Assembly (NCBI RefSeq): GCF_964188315.1
Contig: NC_135656.1
Span: forward strand, 93,930,001 to 93,994,000
Length of the DNA stretch: 64,000 bases
From: Podarcis muralis
Lineage: Eukaryota
Reading direction: 5' to 3'
Shown: positions 1 through 10,950 of the stretch, in pieces
How the letters are laid out: each line of letters starts with the position of its first letter
How positions within the stretch are numbered: position 1 is the first letter of the stretch
Notes under the pieces: model-generated
What the model saw: only the letters and a program-made list of their open reading frames with translations
The model's database searches: none
Told to the model about the DNA's origin: nothing
Position numbers and translations under genes: made by a program

Positions 1-114
1 ATTTAGGTTTGATGAGGCCCTAAGCTACTGAAGGTAATGCGGCTTTTTATATGTCCAGCTGTCCTTTGTCAACAACAAATTGTTGCTGTTTTTGTGCTGA
101 ATATATGCTATACC

Positions 115-460
115 AGCGGGTGGTGCTGCGGGTTAAACCACAGAGCCTAGGACTTGCCGATCAGAAGTTTGGTGGTTCGAATCCCTGCGACGGGGTGAGC
201 TCCTGTTGTTTGGTCCTAGCTCCTGCCAACCTAGCAGTTCAAAAGCACGTCAAAGTGCAAGTAGATAAATAGGTACCACTCTGTCGGGAAGGTAAACGGC
301 GTTTCCGTGCGCTGCTCTGGTTCGCCAGAAGCGGCTTAGTCATGCTGGCCACATGACCCGGAAGCTGTACGCCGGCTCCCTTGGCCAATAAAGCGAGATG
401 AGCGCCGCAACCCCAAAGTCGGTCACGACTGGACCTAATGGTCACGGGTCCCTTTACCTT
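115..460 (+). mobile_element. Sauria SINE, subfamily A
   Basis: tRNA-like head with A box and GGTTCGAATCC B box; TTTACCTT tail; exact 12-bp TSD ATATGCTATACC (103-114, 461-472). Confidence 0.9.
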
Positions 461-468
461 ATATGCTA

Positions 469-915
469 TACCTACGGGACCGCCTCTCCTGGTATGCCCC
501 AAGGAGGACCTTAAGGTCCATATGTAGCAACACCTTAGAGGTCCTGGGCCCTAAGGAAGTTAGATTAGCCTCAACCAGAGCCAGGGCCTTCTCAACACTG
601 GCTCCGGCCTGGTGGAACGCTCTGTCTCATGAGACCAGGGCCCTGCAGGATCTGATTTCTTTCCGCAGGGCCTGTAAGACAGAGTTGTTCCACCTGGCCT
701 TTGGCTTAGAATCAGTTTGATTCCCTCCCCCTCTTTCTTTTCCCTTTCTCCTCCTATGAAGAGACTGCATCCTAATGTTTTAATGTTGTATCTTAATCTT
801 TTAAATTGTATTTTAATCAGCTTGTTTTTATTATTGGTTGTTAGCCGCCCTGAGCCCGGTCTTGGCTGGGGAGGGTGGGGTATAAATAAAAATTTATTAT
901 TTATTATTATATGGT
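469..915 (+). mobile_element. L2-type LINE 3' fragment
   Basis: YLRDRL...RAFSTLAPAWWNAL...FRRACKTELF ORF2 C-terminus; AGCCGCCCTGAG...GGGTATAAAT end followed by ATT repeats. Confidence 0.75.
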
Positions 916-3319
916 ATTTAAGGACCTAATAGGTATCTAAAGCCATTTGCACATGTTGCCATGCAACCAGTCCATGCAGAATGTAGGCACCCTTTATATA
1001 GAAATGAGCAAACCAGTGATATTTTAGGGAGAAGGCTAGCAGGCGGGGCCCATTACTTACATCATAGGAGCCTACACAACACAAAACACTGTTGCTGTGT
1101 ATAGGTTTTATTTTATTTGTTTTTTATCATATATTTTGGAAATGTACATCCAGTGTTTTTTTCCTTCAAATTGTTTTGGGACCCCCAAGAGAATGGGGCC
1201 CTAATCTATAGCTTGTTTAGCTTATACGTAAATCTGGCACTTAGAACACTGCTGGATCAGGCCAGTGGTTCATCTCATCTAGAATCCTGTTCTCACAGTG
1301 GCCAACCAGATGCGTGTGAGAAGCCCCCAAGCAGGAACTAAGGGCACCAACCCATTTGTGATTTCCAGAAACTGACATTCAGAGGGATACTGCCTCCAAC
1401 AGTGGAAGCCAGAAGATGAACAACCTGTTTTTCATCTCAAACCTAATTGTCACAAGTGTCTAGAAGCAGCGGTGGACTAGCAGATTTGACAACTGCACCT
1501 GAATCCCTGTCAGTTTGCAAAGGTTATCATTCTGTGGCATTTTTTACTTTGCTTTTTTTGTTTTTGCTGTGCCAGCTGAGGGGTTCCAAATCAGGCTCCC
1601 CGCATGATAACAGATCCAGCAGTGTTTTGGCTGTCACTGTAACCCCTTCAACATACATCCTAGTCAATATTCTATGCCATTTACTAATGACATGAAAGCC
1701 ATTGACGGTAGCGTTCAATCCACCATGCTGTCTCTGCAGCTGCAGGAGGGGCCCACAATTGACAGACCTTAGTCTCTCCCAGCAGCAAATATAAGGCTAT
1801 GAAGGACTGCACTCTTATTTATTATTTAAATATATACAATACATAGCAAACTGTAGTGTTATATTCCTTTATGGAACAATATATATCACAAAGATTTTTG
1901 GGACAGCATTTCTTGTGTGCTGCCTGTGTGCATTGTTTAGCCTTTGCAATGGGAAGTGAAACATTCCTTAATTTGCTATTTCTACAATAAAGAAATGCAT
2001 TTCCTGGGGACTTTTTTTTTAAACAAAAATTGTCAGCTTGCAAAAGAGTTTTATATTAAGAAAACAGCAATATAGTCTCTTGGCGTTCAGTGTGTTCATA
2101 CTTTAAAATGCACAAGAGGTTATCTTGGTATTCTGCATCTATTTCTTACATTATATTGCTTCTTATCTCATAGCAACTTCTCTCAAAGCAACGATTATGT
2201 TAAAATAGAGAGCAAAGGAGGGCAACAGTGCCCTTAAGATTCACAAAAGGAATCTAGAGAGGGGGGAATCAGACAATTGGATACAAAAACAAAGAATGGC
2301 TTCTAAGACATAGTACGGTATGGACAGCTTGTGGGGCAACTGGGAAGCTATGACCTTTGCATCAAAAGAATAAAATGCCAGCTTCAGATATCTAAGGATT
2401 CAGTTGCTACAGTCAATTAGTTTGCTATATTTCTTCATACAGAATTTTCAACATCACATTACAGAAAGATTCACAAACGCTACTGCTAAACTTTCAAATC
2501 TGAGGGAGCAAGTTGGCTTAAAACAAGCTGATGTAAATTAAGCTGGTGTAAAGTGATGCCAGGTCCAAACTCCATCCATCAGAAGTTCTGAACTCTGTTC
2601 AGGAGTGGAGTTACTCTTGGTTGAGCCAGCCTAAGCAGAGAAGAAGAAAAACAAGCCTTTCAAATAGTGTTTCAGTTATATCACCATTTAAGCCACCATT
2701 TTGCTGGGTGCCAGGTTGCCAGATCATGTGACTGAGCTGAATAGGTTTGGGATCCAGCTTAAGACCCGCTTCTCTGGTCCTCCCATGCCACACCTGTTTT
2801 CCATATCTTATGCAAGTTTGAGAGCCACTGGGATGGGATAGGTTATGCCCAGCTGAGCCGAAGATGAAAGAGTGAAGTCAGCATAGCCTGGCTGTGTCAG
2901 AAACCTCCCAGCTCAGCTGGAGACCTGCTGGATCCTAATCCACTTGTCCTGGTATAGGATTTCTCCTTTGTACTGTAACCCTATGCCTTAGTCTCCAATC
3001 CTACATGTGCTTACTCAGCTCAGCATGGCTTACTACTACGGTAAATAGACTTGTATAGGATTGCACTGTTAGTCACTGGTGCCAACGTTAGTTCCTGGTG
3101 GGGTGGGGTATTTCTCAGAAGTGTAGTAGGAGGTGGGTGATTGGCTCAATAGGTATGGTAAACCTGTTGACGACTGTTAACGACAGTTAACAACTGCAAT
3201 TAGTCCTACAGGAAAAAGCAAGGGATAGTATGCAGATGACCAAAAATAGCTTTAGCATGTGTAATGAGACAATATCTCTTTTCAGACCAGGTCTCTCCAT
3301 AGTTTTCAGTTTGGTTGCA

Positions 3320-3965
3320 ATGCCTGTTGTCTTTGTCCATGGAGTTTTATTGGCAGGGATACTAGAGTGGCTTGCCGGTTCCTCCTCCAGGTGGATCACG
3401 TTTGGTCAAAACTCTCCACTATGACCTGTCCATCTTGGGTGGCCCTGCACAGCATAGGTCATAGCTTCTCTGAGTTATTGAAGCCCCTTCGCCATGGCAA
3501 GGCAATGATCCATGAAGGGGGACAAAAATTTCCCAGTAGTGATGTATGGAAGTGAGAGCGGGACCATAAAGAAGGCTGATAGCCGAAGAATTGATGCTTT
3601 TGAATTATGGTGCTGGAGGAGACTCTTGAGAGTCCCGTGGACTGCAAGAAAATCAAACCTATCCATTCTTAAGGAAATCAGCCCTGAGTGCTCACTGAAA
3701 GGGCAGATCCTGAAGCTGAGGCTCCAATACTTTGGCCACCTCATAAGAAGAGAAGACTCCCTGGAAAAGACCCTAATGTTGGGAAAGATGGAGGGCACAA
3801 GGAGAAGGGGACGACAGAGGACGAGATGGTTGGACAGTGTTCTTGAAGCTACGAACATGAGTTTGACCAAACTTCAGGAGGCAGTGGAAGACAGGAGTGC
3901 CTGGCATGCTCTAGTCCATGGGGTCACGAAGAGTCGGACATGACTAAACGACTAAACAAAAACAA
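3320..3965 (+). mobile_element. Bov-B (RTE) LINE, rearranged: inverted 5' end (3320-3520) plus sense 3' end (3529-3965)
   Basis: FPVVMYGSESGTIKKADSRRIDAFELWCWRRLLRVPW...HGVTKSRT is the Bov-B RT C-terminus; GACTAAAC/CAA tail; left part is the reverse complement of the recalled Bov-B 5' UTR. Confidence 0.85.
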
Positions 3966-6465
3966 TGAGTTGTAATAGTAAATAGTTCAGTTGGCTTCTG
4001 CTCCGTGCTTCATGACTGTGCTTCTTAATTCATTGGCCCTTCCCAGTTCTGGCTCTAGTTTACCCTTATACTGCTTCTCTCCGGATCAGCTCCTGCTAAC
4101 CTCAGTTGCACGTTCCCGACAATAGCAGGAGCATAAGGAGCTCTGCATGTCTTTCTCTGTTTAGCTCTGGAATAGTGAGGTCACAAAATTTCAATGAAAA
4201 GTTAAAATAGATCATTGTCACTGACTCCTAGAGCCCTATTATATGGCTTCAGCTGTGCTAAAGGGCAAAAACTAATGCTTGGACCCATATATACTGACTG
4301 TGCTGAAGTCATGATACTTCCTTCAGATTATAGACTATTGTGGTAAAACAGTGGAGATGCAATAGCAAAAATGTTCTTTCCTAAAAAGTTTAATTACAAA
4401 CATAGGCATTTAAGCATAAGTTCTATGCTCCATAAACTTAAAAGCTTCATCATTGCAGCATTATTTAAAGGTTTACTTAATGATGTATTTGAAATGTGAT
4501 GGAATTACAGATTTTCCCACTGATATTAAAAAGTACAAGAAAAGTAATACCCAAAATCTATGGGCTTGCATTCTCCTCCTGTTTGATTGTAGTAGAGCAG
4601 AGGCTGAGGAAGGAGAAAGAGGTAATAAATTTGCGCAATTGCAAATGTAGCTATTGAGTCAAGGGCACCCTAGACTAGGATGGTGAAGGTTGAGCATCAG
4701 CTGCATTCTCCAGGGTAACAGAAATTAGATATTAGAAGAGTTTTAGCAGAGCTCTAAGACATTGCCAGAGTAATCCTGTCTGTGAGTTATGCCCACTGGT
4801 CAGGACTACTAATTCTCCTGTGCGCACAAAGCACAATTCTGCACTGGCAGGAAAAATTACGACAATGTGGTAGTAGAGGAAAAATACAACCTTCAGGACT
4901 CAACCACATCACAGAGGAAAATTAGGATGTGGAGAGGAATCTGGAGAGAAACAGATTTAAATTAGAATCCCATGTTCATTTAGGATCTTTTTCTCAACAT
5001 GCATATAATCTTAAACCTGCAGAATAACTGGTATAGCTTTGAACATTCCCATCAGAATCATTGGAGAACCCAGGATAATTCACCCCAAGGTGAATAGGAC
5101 TGAGCATGTAGCCAATTTTTGCCATAGCACCAGAGGTATAAATTTCAAATGGGGAAGACAGATCTGTCTCTATACACGCTGATATGGTTTTTATTATGGA
5201 ATGCTAATGTTAACCATTGCAAGGTACCTTGAGTAGCTATACACATTAGAAAGGTACAATGAAAATCTCAGTATAAATAAAAAACATACAGGGATGAGTG
5301 GTGAGACTACAAGGCTTCTTGGCCCATGAACAGGATAAGCAGTTGTAGAGTTATAGCTCCATGTGCTAGTTATTGTGGGTTGCTATCACAGTACATCTTT
5401 GTGGGCAGATAGATCTCTTCCTGACACCTAGGAACCACTCGCCCACAATGGTACCCTTTGGCACACCAGACACATATTCCCCCCCCCCCACTCTTCTCTA
5501 AACCTGGCTTTCTGGAGCAGGGGACATTGCTTCTGGTACTGCTTCATCTGCCTCCCCCCGCGCCCGTCTTTAAAGTAATTGCTGCTGTCAACCACTTCCC
5601 ATGATGTAGGCATTGCCTTCATCTGTGCATTTTTCTAAGTTGGGACTCAAACCCATGGTTCATGTTGACTGCTGCACTCTCCTTTCCCACTGAGCTACTG
5701 GACAAATCACAGTGTTACCCTCCCCTGGGTTTGCTATTATAGTTTTCATTCTTCTTGCAGGAGTTGTGAATATGTATGCATGAGTTCCACAGTAAGACTT
5801 GTATCCTTCTCCTGAGAAGCCTCTAGATTTCTATGTTGGGCCTTCTTGTACAATGAGAAGCACAGTAGTCTCTTTTCCAATGGCCTAGTTATACATTGTA
5901 AGAGTGTACTGGATTGTGTTATATCATGAGCTCATTTGGCTACCACCGTGCTTTGATTAATGCCTTCTGTGCCTGGGTGATGTAGGCGTATTGCTGTTCC
6001 GCAACATCCTTATTTCCAGGCATACTGTGGTATTGCCTATCAGTGCTGCTTCTGTTAGCTGTTGTCTGTTCCTGGGTGTGCATTGTATTGTGACTACCTT
6101 ATGTGGGCATGAAGCCTGCCATAGTAGCCCCATATTATGTAGTGGAACAAAAGCATCAGCATGCTCATCTCACTTTTACATAACAGATCTTTGGGTGTGG
6201 AACAAATAGTTGTCGTCTGAAAAAAAATGACTTAAAAGGCTCAATAAATCAAAGATCCAAGGAACTATTTTCCTGGGTGAGGAAATTTCATGGCTGCGTA
6301 CTCTCCTCTATATGGAAACTTTCCTCCTGGCTGCTTATGCGCCAGTGAGGCATGGCATCGAAATCAGCACCTGCCGCCGTAACGTTAGTCGTGTTAACAG
6401 GCCTAAGTAAAAACACAATGTGACATTAATGTATCATTTAAGGAACTTTATTTTATTTTTTTTTT

Positions 6466-6816
6466 CGCAGGTGGCGCTGTGGGTTAAAGCCTCAGCGCCT
6501 AGGACTTGCCGATCGAAAGGTCGGCGGTTCGAATCCCTGCAGCGGGGTGCGCTCCCGTTGTTCGGTCCCAGCGCCTGCCAACCTAGCAGTTCGAAAGCAC
6601 CTTTGGGTGCAAGTAGATAAATAGGGACCGCTTACCAGCGGGAAGGTAAACGGCGTTTCCGTGTGCTGCGCTGGCTCGCCAGATGCAGCTTGTCACACTG
6701 GCCACGTGACCCGGAAGTGTCTCCGGACAGCGCTGGCCCTCGGCCTCTTGAGTGAGATGGGCGCACAACCCTAGAGTCTGTCAAGACTGGCCCGTACGGG
6801 CAGGGGTACCTTTACC
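6466..6816 (+). mobile_element. Sauria SINE, subfamily B
   Basis: A/B boxes; diagnostic CCCGTACGGGCAGGGGTACC 3' end; TSD TTTATTTTATTTTTTT (6447-6462, 6817-6832). Confidence 0.9.
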
Positions 6817-6958
6817 TTTATTTTATTTTTTTGGTTCAGAACATTCCCTGCATTTACTGTTGGTCAGCTGCTTTCCAAACATGCTTCTGTTACCACCTTC
6901 TTGAAGAACAATACCCCTGTTTATTAAGGCTTTCTTACCCTTTTGCTTTCCTTTAAAG

Positions 6959-7095
6959 CAAAGCCTCACTGGGTTCAACTCATAAAAGATTTTGAAGCTG
7001 CGGTGGAGGACAACTTATACTGGGAATGCAGAGCGAGTGGCAAACCCAAGCCATCCTACAGGTGGCTGAGAAATGGAGAGCCTCTGGCATTGGAG
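6959..7095 (+). CDS. CNTN3: Contactin-3 exon, Ig4 first half ((A)[45 protein letters not shown])
   Basis: tttaaag|CA...GAG|gtaatg; 137 bp, phase 1 to 0; matches recalled human CNTN3 [40 protein letters not shown]. Confidence 0.95.
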
Positions 7096-7962
7096 GTAAT
7101 GGTGGCTGTTCTTTCTTTGGGCAAGGGGTGGGGTAGGCATTCTTGCATATATGTAGACCATGGACTCTGCGCAAGTAACTCAAAAGGAGCTGACAAAGGA
7201 TAATGTTATGCCTCAAATAGCTCCTGCAGTTAATTGTTTACCAATAGCAAATTATGCTTAAGAGGATTTATTCTTTGGCACATGGGCTAAACTGCATTGC
7301 CAATGTGCATGGTGGTGTTGGCACATGAAGGTTGTGCGCCCATCATTTCTGCCTATTCTTAAAATTACTGTGAATTGCTTGGGTTGTACTGTATGTAATG
7401 CTAATCCGAGTCTGTTTATAAATGCGATGAATAAACAACTCAGAGCAGATCCATTAAAATTAATGAGCCTGTCAGTCATGTCTATTAATTTCAGCGGGTC
7501 TATCCTGTGTAGGACTAGCATTGTATACAACTCATGGTTCTTACATTTACATGAGCAGTTAGCCAGGTTATCTATCCTACAAAGAAGGGTGCCTCCAGGC
7601 TTAATGGAAGTCGTTTTCATCCTGTATCACATTGCAGGGTGAGAGATTGTCTCCTGGCTTCCCTCATATATAATCATTTCTGCGCTGTTTATGTTGCTCA
7701 CTTATGCAAATCAAATGGAAAGGTTGCACATAAATGCACAAGAAATCTAATCTATTGAGAAGTGTCGTTTTGCCAACTCAGTCAGCTTCCCCTTCCCCTT
7801 GCTGAATAGACAAAAGCAGTAGATGGGGAAGGCAGGGGAGGGCAGAAAATTTATTGGCAGGCAGTTACTATGAAAATTACATAGTCTAACAGATGTTTGT
7901 TGTCTTGTAGTATCATCTACCTATGTGAGACTGAGAATATCAACTTTCTTTGATGTATACTA

Positions 7963-8203
7963 CAGTGGTACCTCGGTTTAAGAACAGCCCTGTTTACGAA
8001 CTATTCGGTGTATGAACTCCACAAAACCGGAAGTAGTGTTCCGGTTAGCGAACTTTACCTTGGTCTAAGAATGGAATGTGAAGGGTGGAAGGCCACCAGC
8101 GGCGGGAGGCCTCATTAGGGAAAGTGCGCCTCGGTTTAAGAACAGCTTTGGTTTAAGAATGGACTTCCGGAACGGATTAAGTTCATAAACCGAGGTACCA
8201 CTG
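7963..8203. mobile_element. Tc1/mariner-superfamily (Tigger/pogo-like) MITE, 241 bp
   Basis: 23-bp TIR CAGTGGTACCTCGGTTTA(A/T)GAAC; TA on both sides. Confidence 0.85.
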
Positions 8204-8648
8204 TATATCACTTTTGCACATTCCTAGTTGCTGGTTTCGGGATCAGCATTTGTCAGGCAGCTGTTGTTCAGTTGGACAAGATTCCTAGTAGACCAAGTAC
8301 AGTGATAACTGAGTAGTAGGGTGATAAATAACTAAGAGAGGAATTTGGTGTAGCACTAAGTTAAAGTCCCTTAGCACTAGCAGAATTTTTTGCGCTAGTG
8401 GAATGGTACTCATGGCTGGTTGCACAACAATTTGCTTGGTTTTGCTTTAATTCGGATACTTCCTATTGTGCAATCTGTTGCACAACAAGCTTTCCGCGCC
8501 CATAGCTGTTGTGCAGGATTTCATATTGTGCCCCCATTATTCTTGCCCTTCTGTTAGCACAACAACCCTCCCGCTGGCAGTCAGAGAACGCTGAATCTGA
8601 GCCTAGGGTTGCATCTAGTGCTAGTTCAAGATTCTATATACATGTATG

Positions 8649-9015
8649 GAGGACACGGGTGGTGCTGTGGTCTAAACCACTGAGCCGCTTCGGCTTGCCT
8701 ATCGGAAGGTCGGCAGTTCGAACCCCCATGATGGTGGTGAGCTCCCATTGCTCTGTGCCAGCTTCTGCCAACGTAGCAGTTTGAAAGGACACCAGTGCAA
8801 GTAGATGAATAGGTACCACTGCGATGGGAAGGTAAACGGCATTTCTGTGCACTCTGGCACTCGTCACAGTGTCACTTTTCATCAGAAGCAGTTCAGTCAT
8901 GCTGGCCACATAACCATGAAAGCTGTCTGTGGACAAACGCTGCCTCCCTCAGCCTGAAAAGCGAGATAGTCGCCTTTGACTGGACTTAACCGTCCAGGCG
9001 TCCTTTACCTTTACC
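8649..9015 (+). mobile_element. Sauria SINE, diverged third subfamily
   Basis: Same head, core (GTGCAAGTAGATGAATAGGTACC) and CCTTTACCTTTACC tail; possible TSD TATACATG. Confidence 0.85.
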
Positions 9016-9477
9016 TATACATGAACATCAGTAATGCAATAGGAGGTGATGGGGGGGGGAGAGAAAACTGTACACAGACTTCTGTTAGGTCTGCAAAAGG
9101 ATGTAGGAGGAGGGGACACTATAGTCTATAGACTCTGAATTTGAAGATAATCCTGAATCTCCCCTGCCTATGAAAATATGGAAAGCAATATTCTTAAATG
9201 AAATGGGCATTTTAAGAGCATATATTGATTACAAAATTGAACTGGCAAATAAAAAAAGTTCCCTGAGAAAGTTAATGAGTTTGAGATTATGGATTTTAGA
9301 AACCTAATAATTGCAGATAAATTAAGTGGGCTAAAGTGTAAAGTTCCCCAATATGATGAGCAGTTTCTTCGTGCCTTTGTTCACAGACTGGATGATCTGA
9401 GAAATAAGACTCCTAACTTTATTTTGCCAGCAGTAGCTGAAAGGATCAGAGTCGAAAGCATTGGTTATAATTATTTC

Positions 9478-9640
9478 TCACCTCCCTCGCCTTTGAAGGT
9501 GAGGCAGGGAGTGATACAGGAGAGGGCCTTTTCTGTGGTGGGATCCTGTCTTTGAAACTTACTCACCAGGGGAGCTTACCTAGCACCATCTCTGTTAGAT
9601 CTTTATGCAAGGCAAATACTGTTTTTATTCCCCGAGGCAT
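9478..9640 (+). mobile_element. Old L2 3' fragment
   Basis: GAGAGGGCCTTTTCTGTGGTGG (RAFSV motif) and degenerate downstream ORF2 end. Confidence 0.55.
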
Positions 9641-10727
9641 TGGAGGATGTTTACATCTGCTGATGGGATTGCCAGACTTCAAAAGTCTCTTTAGTCATAT
9701 CTTCTTCTATCATGTGGTATTGTATTCTTCTCCATGGCTATTACTAATGGGGAGTGATTTGTAAGGATTTTAGTGTGATTTGTAAGGCTCTATTACTAAT
9801 TTCTCTTCTAGTCATGTTAGTATTCTTTCTTTCTCACAACTGCAAAATGAATCCCTCCATGGCTTAAAATAAATTCCTAAGTGAGAATCATGGACCACAA
9901 AAGTGATGATGGAAATGTGATACTGGCCAAGGGGGCTGAGTCCTGCTGCCCAGATGATCAGGCAAAAAACCCGTACTATTGCAGTCAAGGCTGATTGATG
10001 TTCTCTAAGTGCCTCTAAAGATAAATTATAAGTTCTTAGGTTTCTTTCTTTTTATTCAAGTGTGCATAAATTGTGATAAACTGATTGCTGAATGTGATAG
10101 CATATAACATTATTATTTGCATATTCAATATGCAATGATATAAACCTCCACCTGCAGTCTGAATTCGTGCTTCATGTATATATACCCTGTTCAAGGTGAA
10201 CAAGACCTCTGTTTCTTTCTCAAAACACTACACCCAGTCTCTGGAGTTGTAATATGACTTGACATTCCGAAGGAGCAGAATTGAACCCCCACCCCATGCC
10301 AGGCTGCAAAACCGTTTTATAGAAGTAGGCATGCTTGTAAGCACCAAAATTAAAGTGAGCTGATCCCCAGGATTGTTAGGAATAGGGCACATTGACAATC
10401 AAATCCAACTCAATTTTCTCAGAATTCAAAAGAGGATTTTCAAAGCTGGTGTTCCAGTTTGAGGCTTATATCTGCTGGATAGCACATAAAGCCTTGTAGC
10501 TCATAAAGGCCATTATTACTGTTATTATTGTTGTGCTACTCTCTTTGGTCAGAGCATGCCAGAAACTTCACAGTTGACTCAAGCATCATTTAAGCTACGT
10601 TTAAACTCTTCAAATGAGATTTGATAAAGGCATGGGGTATAGTTGTGCAGTCAAAATAGCTTCCCGTGTCTGTTTTACCAGTCATTTAAAGGCATATACA
10701 TTTCTAACTTTTGCTTTTGCTGTCCAG

Positions 10728-10857
10728 GGAAGAATACAAATCGAAAATGGGGCTTTGATCATAACAAACCTCAACTTGACAGATTCTGGCATCTACCAGT
10801 GTATTGCAGAAAACAAACACGGGACAATATATTCCAGCGCTGATCTCAGAGTTGTAG
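10728..10857 (+). CDS. CNTN3: Contactin-3 exon, Ig4 second half ([43 protein letters not shown])
   Basis: tgtccag|GGA...GTA G|gtaggt; 130 bp, phase 0 to 1; DSGxYQC Ig motif. Confidence 0.95.
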
Positions 10858-10883
10858 GTAGGTCTAAAATTTCCTGTCTCTTT

Positions 10884-10950
10884 CATAGAATCGTAGGGTT
10901 GGAAGGGACCCCGTGGGTCATCCAGTCCAATCCCCTTGCAATGCAGGAAA
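10884..10950 (-). mobile_element. CR1 LINE 3' terminus
   Basis: CATAGAATCGTAGGGTTGGAAGGGACC is the reverse complement of the CR1 GTCCCTTCCAACC...ATTCTATG end. Confidence 0.75.

Noticed and set aside
239-502. Recurrent 60-100-aa ORFs such as MAKGAGVQLPGHVASMTKPLLANQSS (also 19296, 47911, 55817)
   Set aside because: Chance frames in multiple Sauria SINE copies, not a gene family
3475-3870. 131-aa minus-strand ORF
   Set aside because: Antisense shadow of the Bov-B RT fragment
1-6958. Search for the preceding Ig3 exon (PxPQIxWRR...)
   Set aside because: Not found; it must lie upstream of the window
9289-9555. 88-aa ORF MDFRNLIIADKLSG...
   Set aside because: No recognisable family; runs into an L2 fragment; may be a LINE relic
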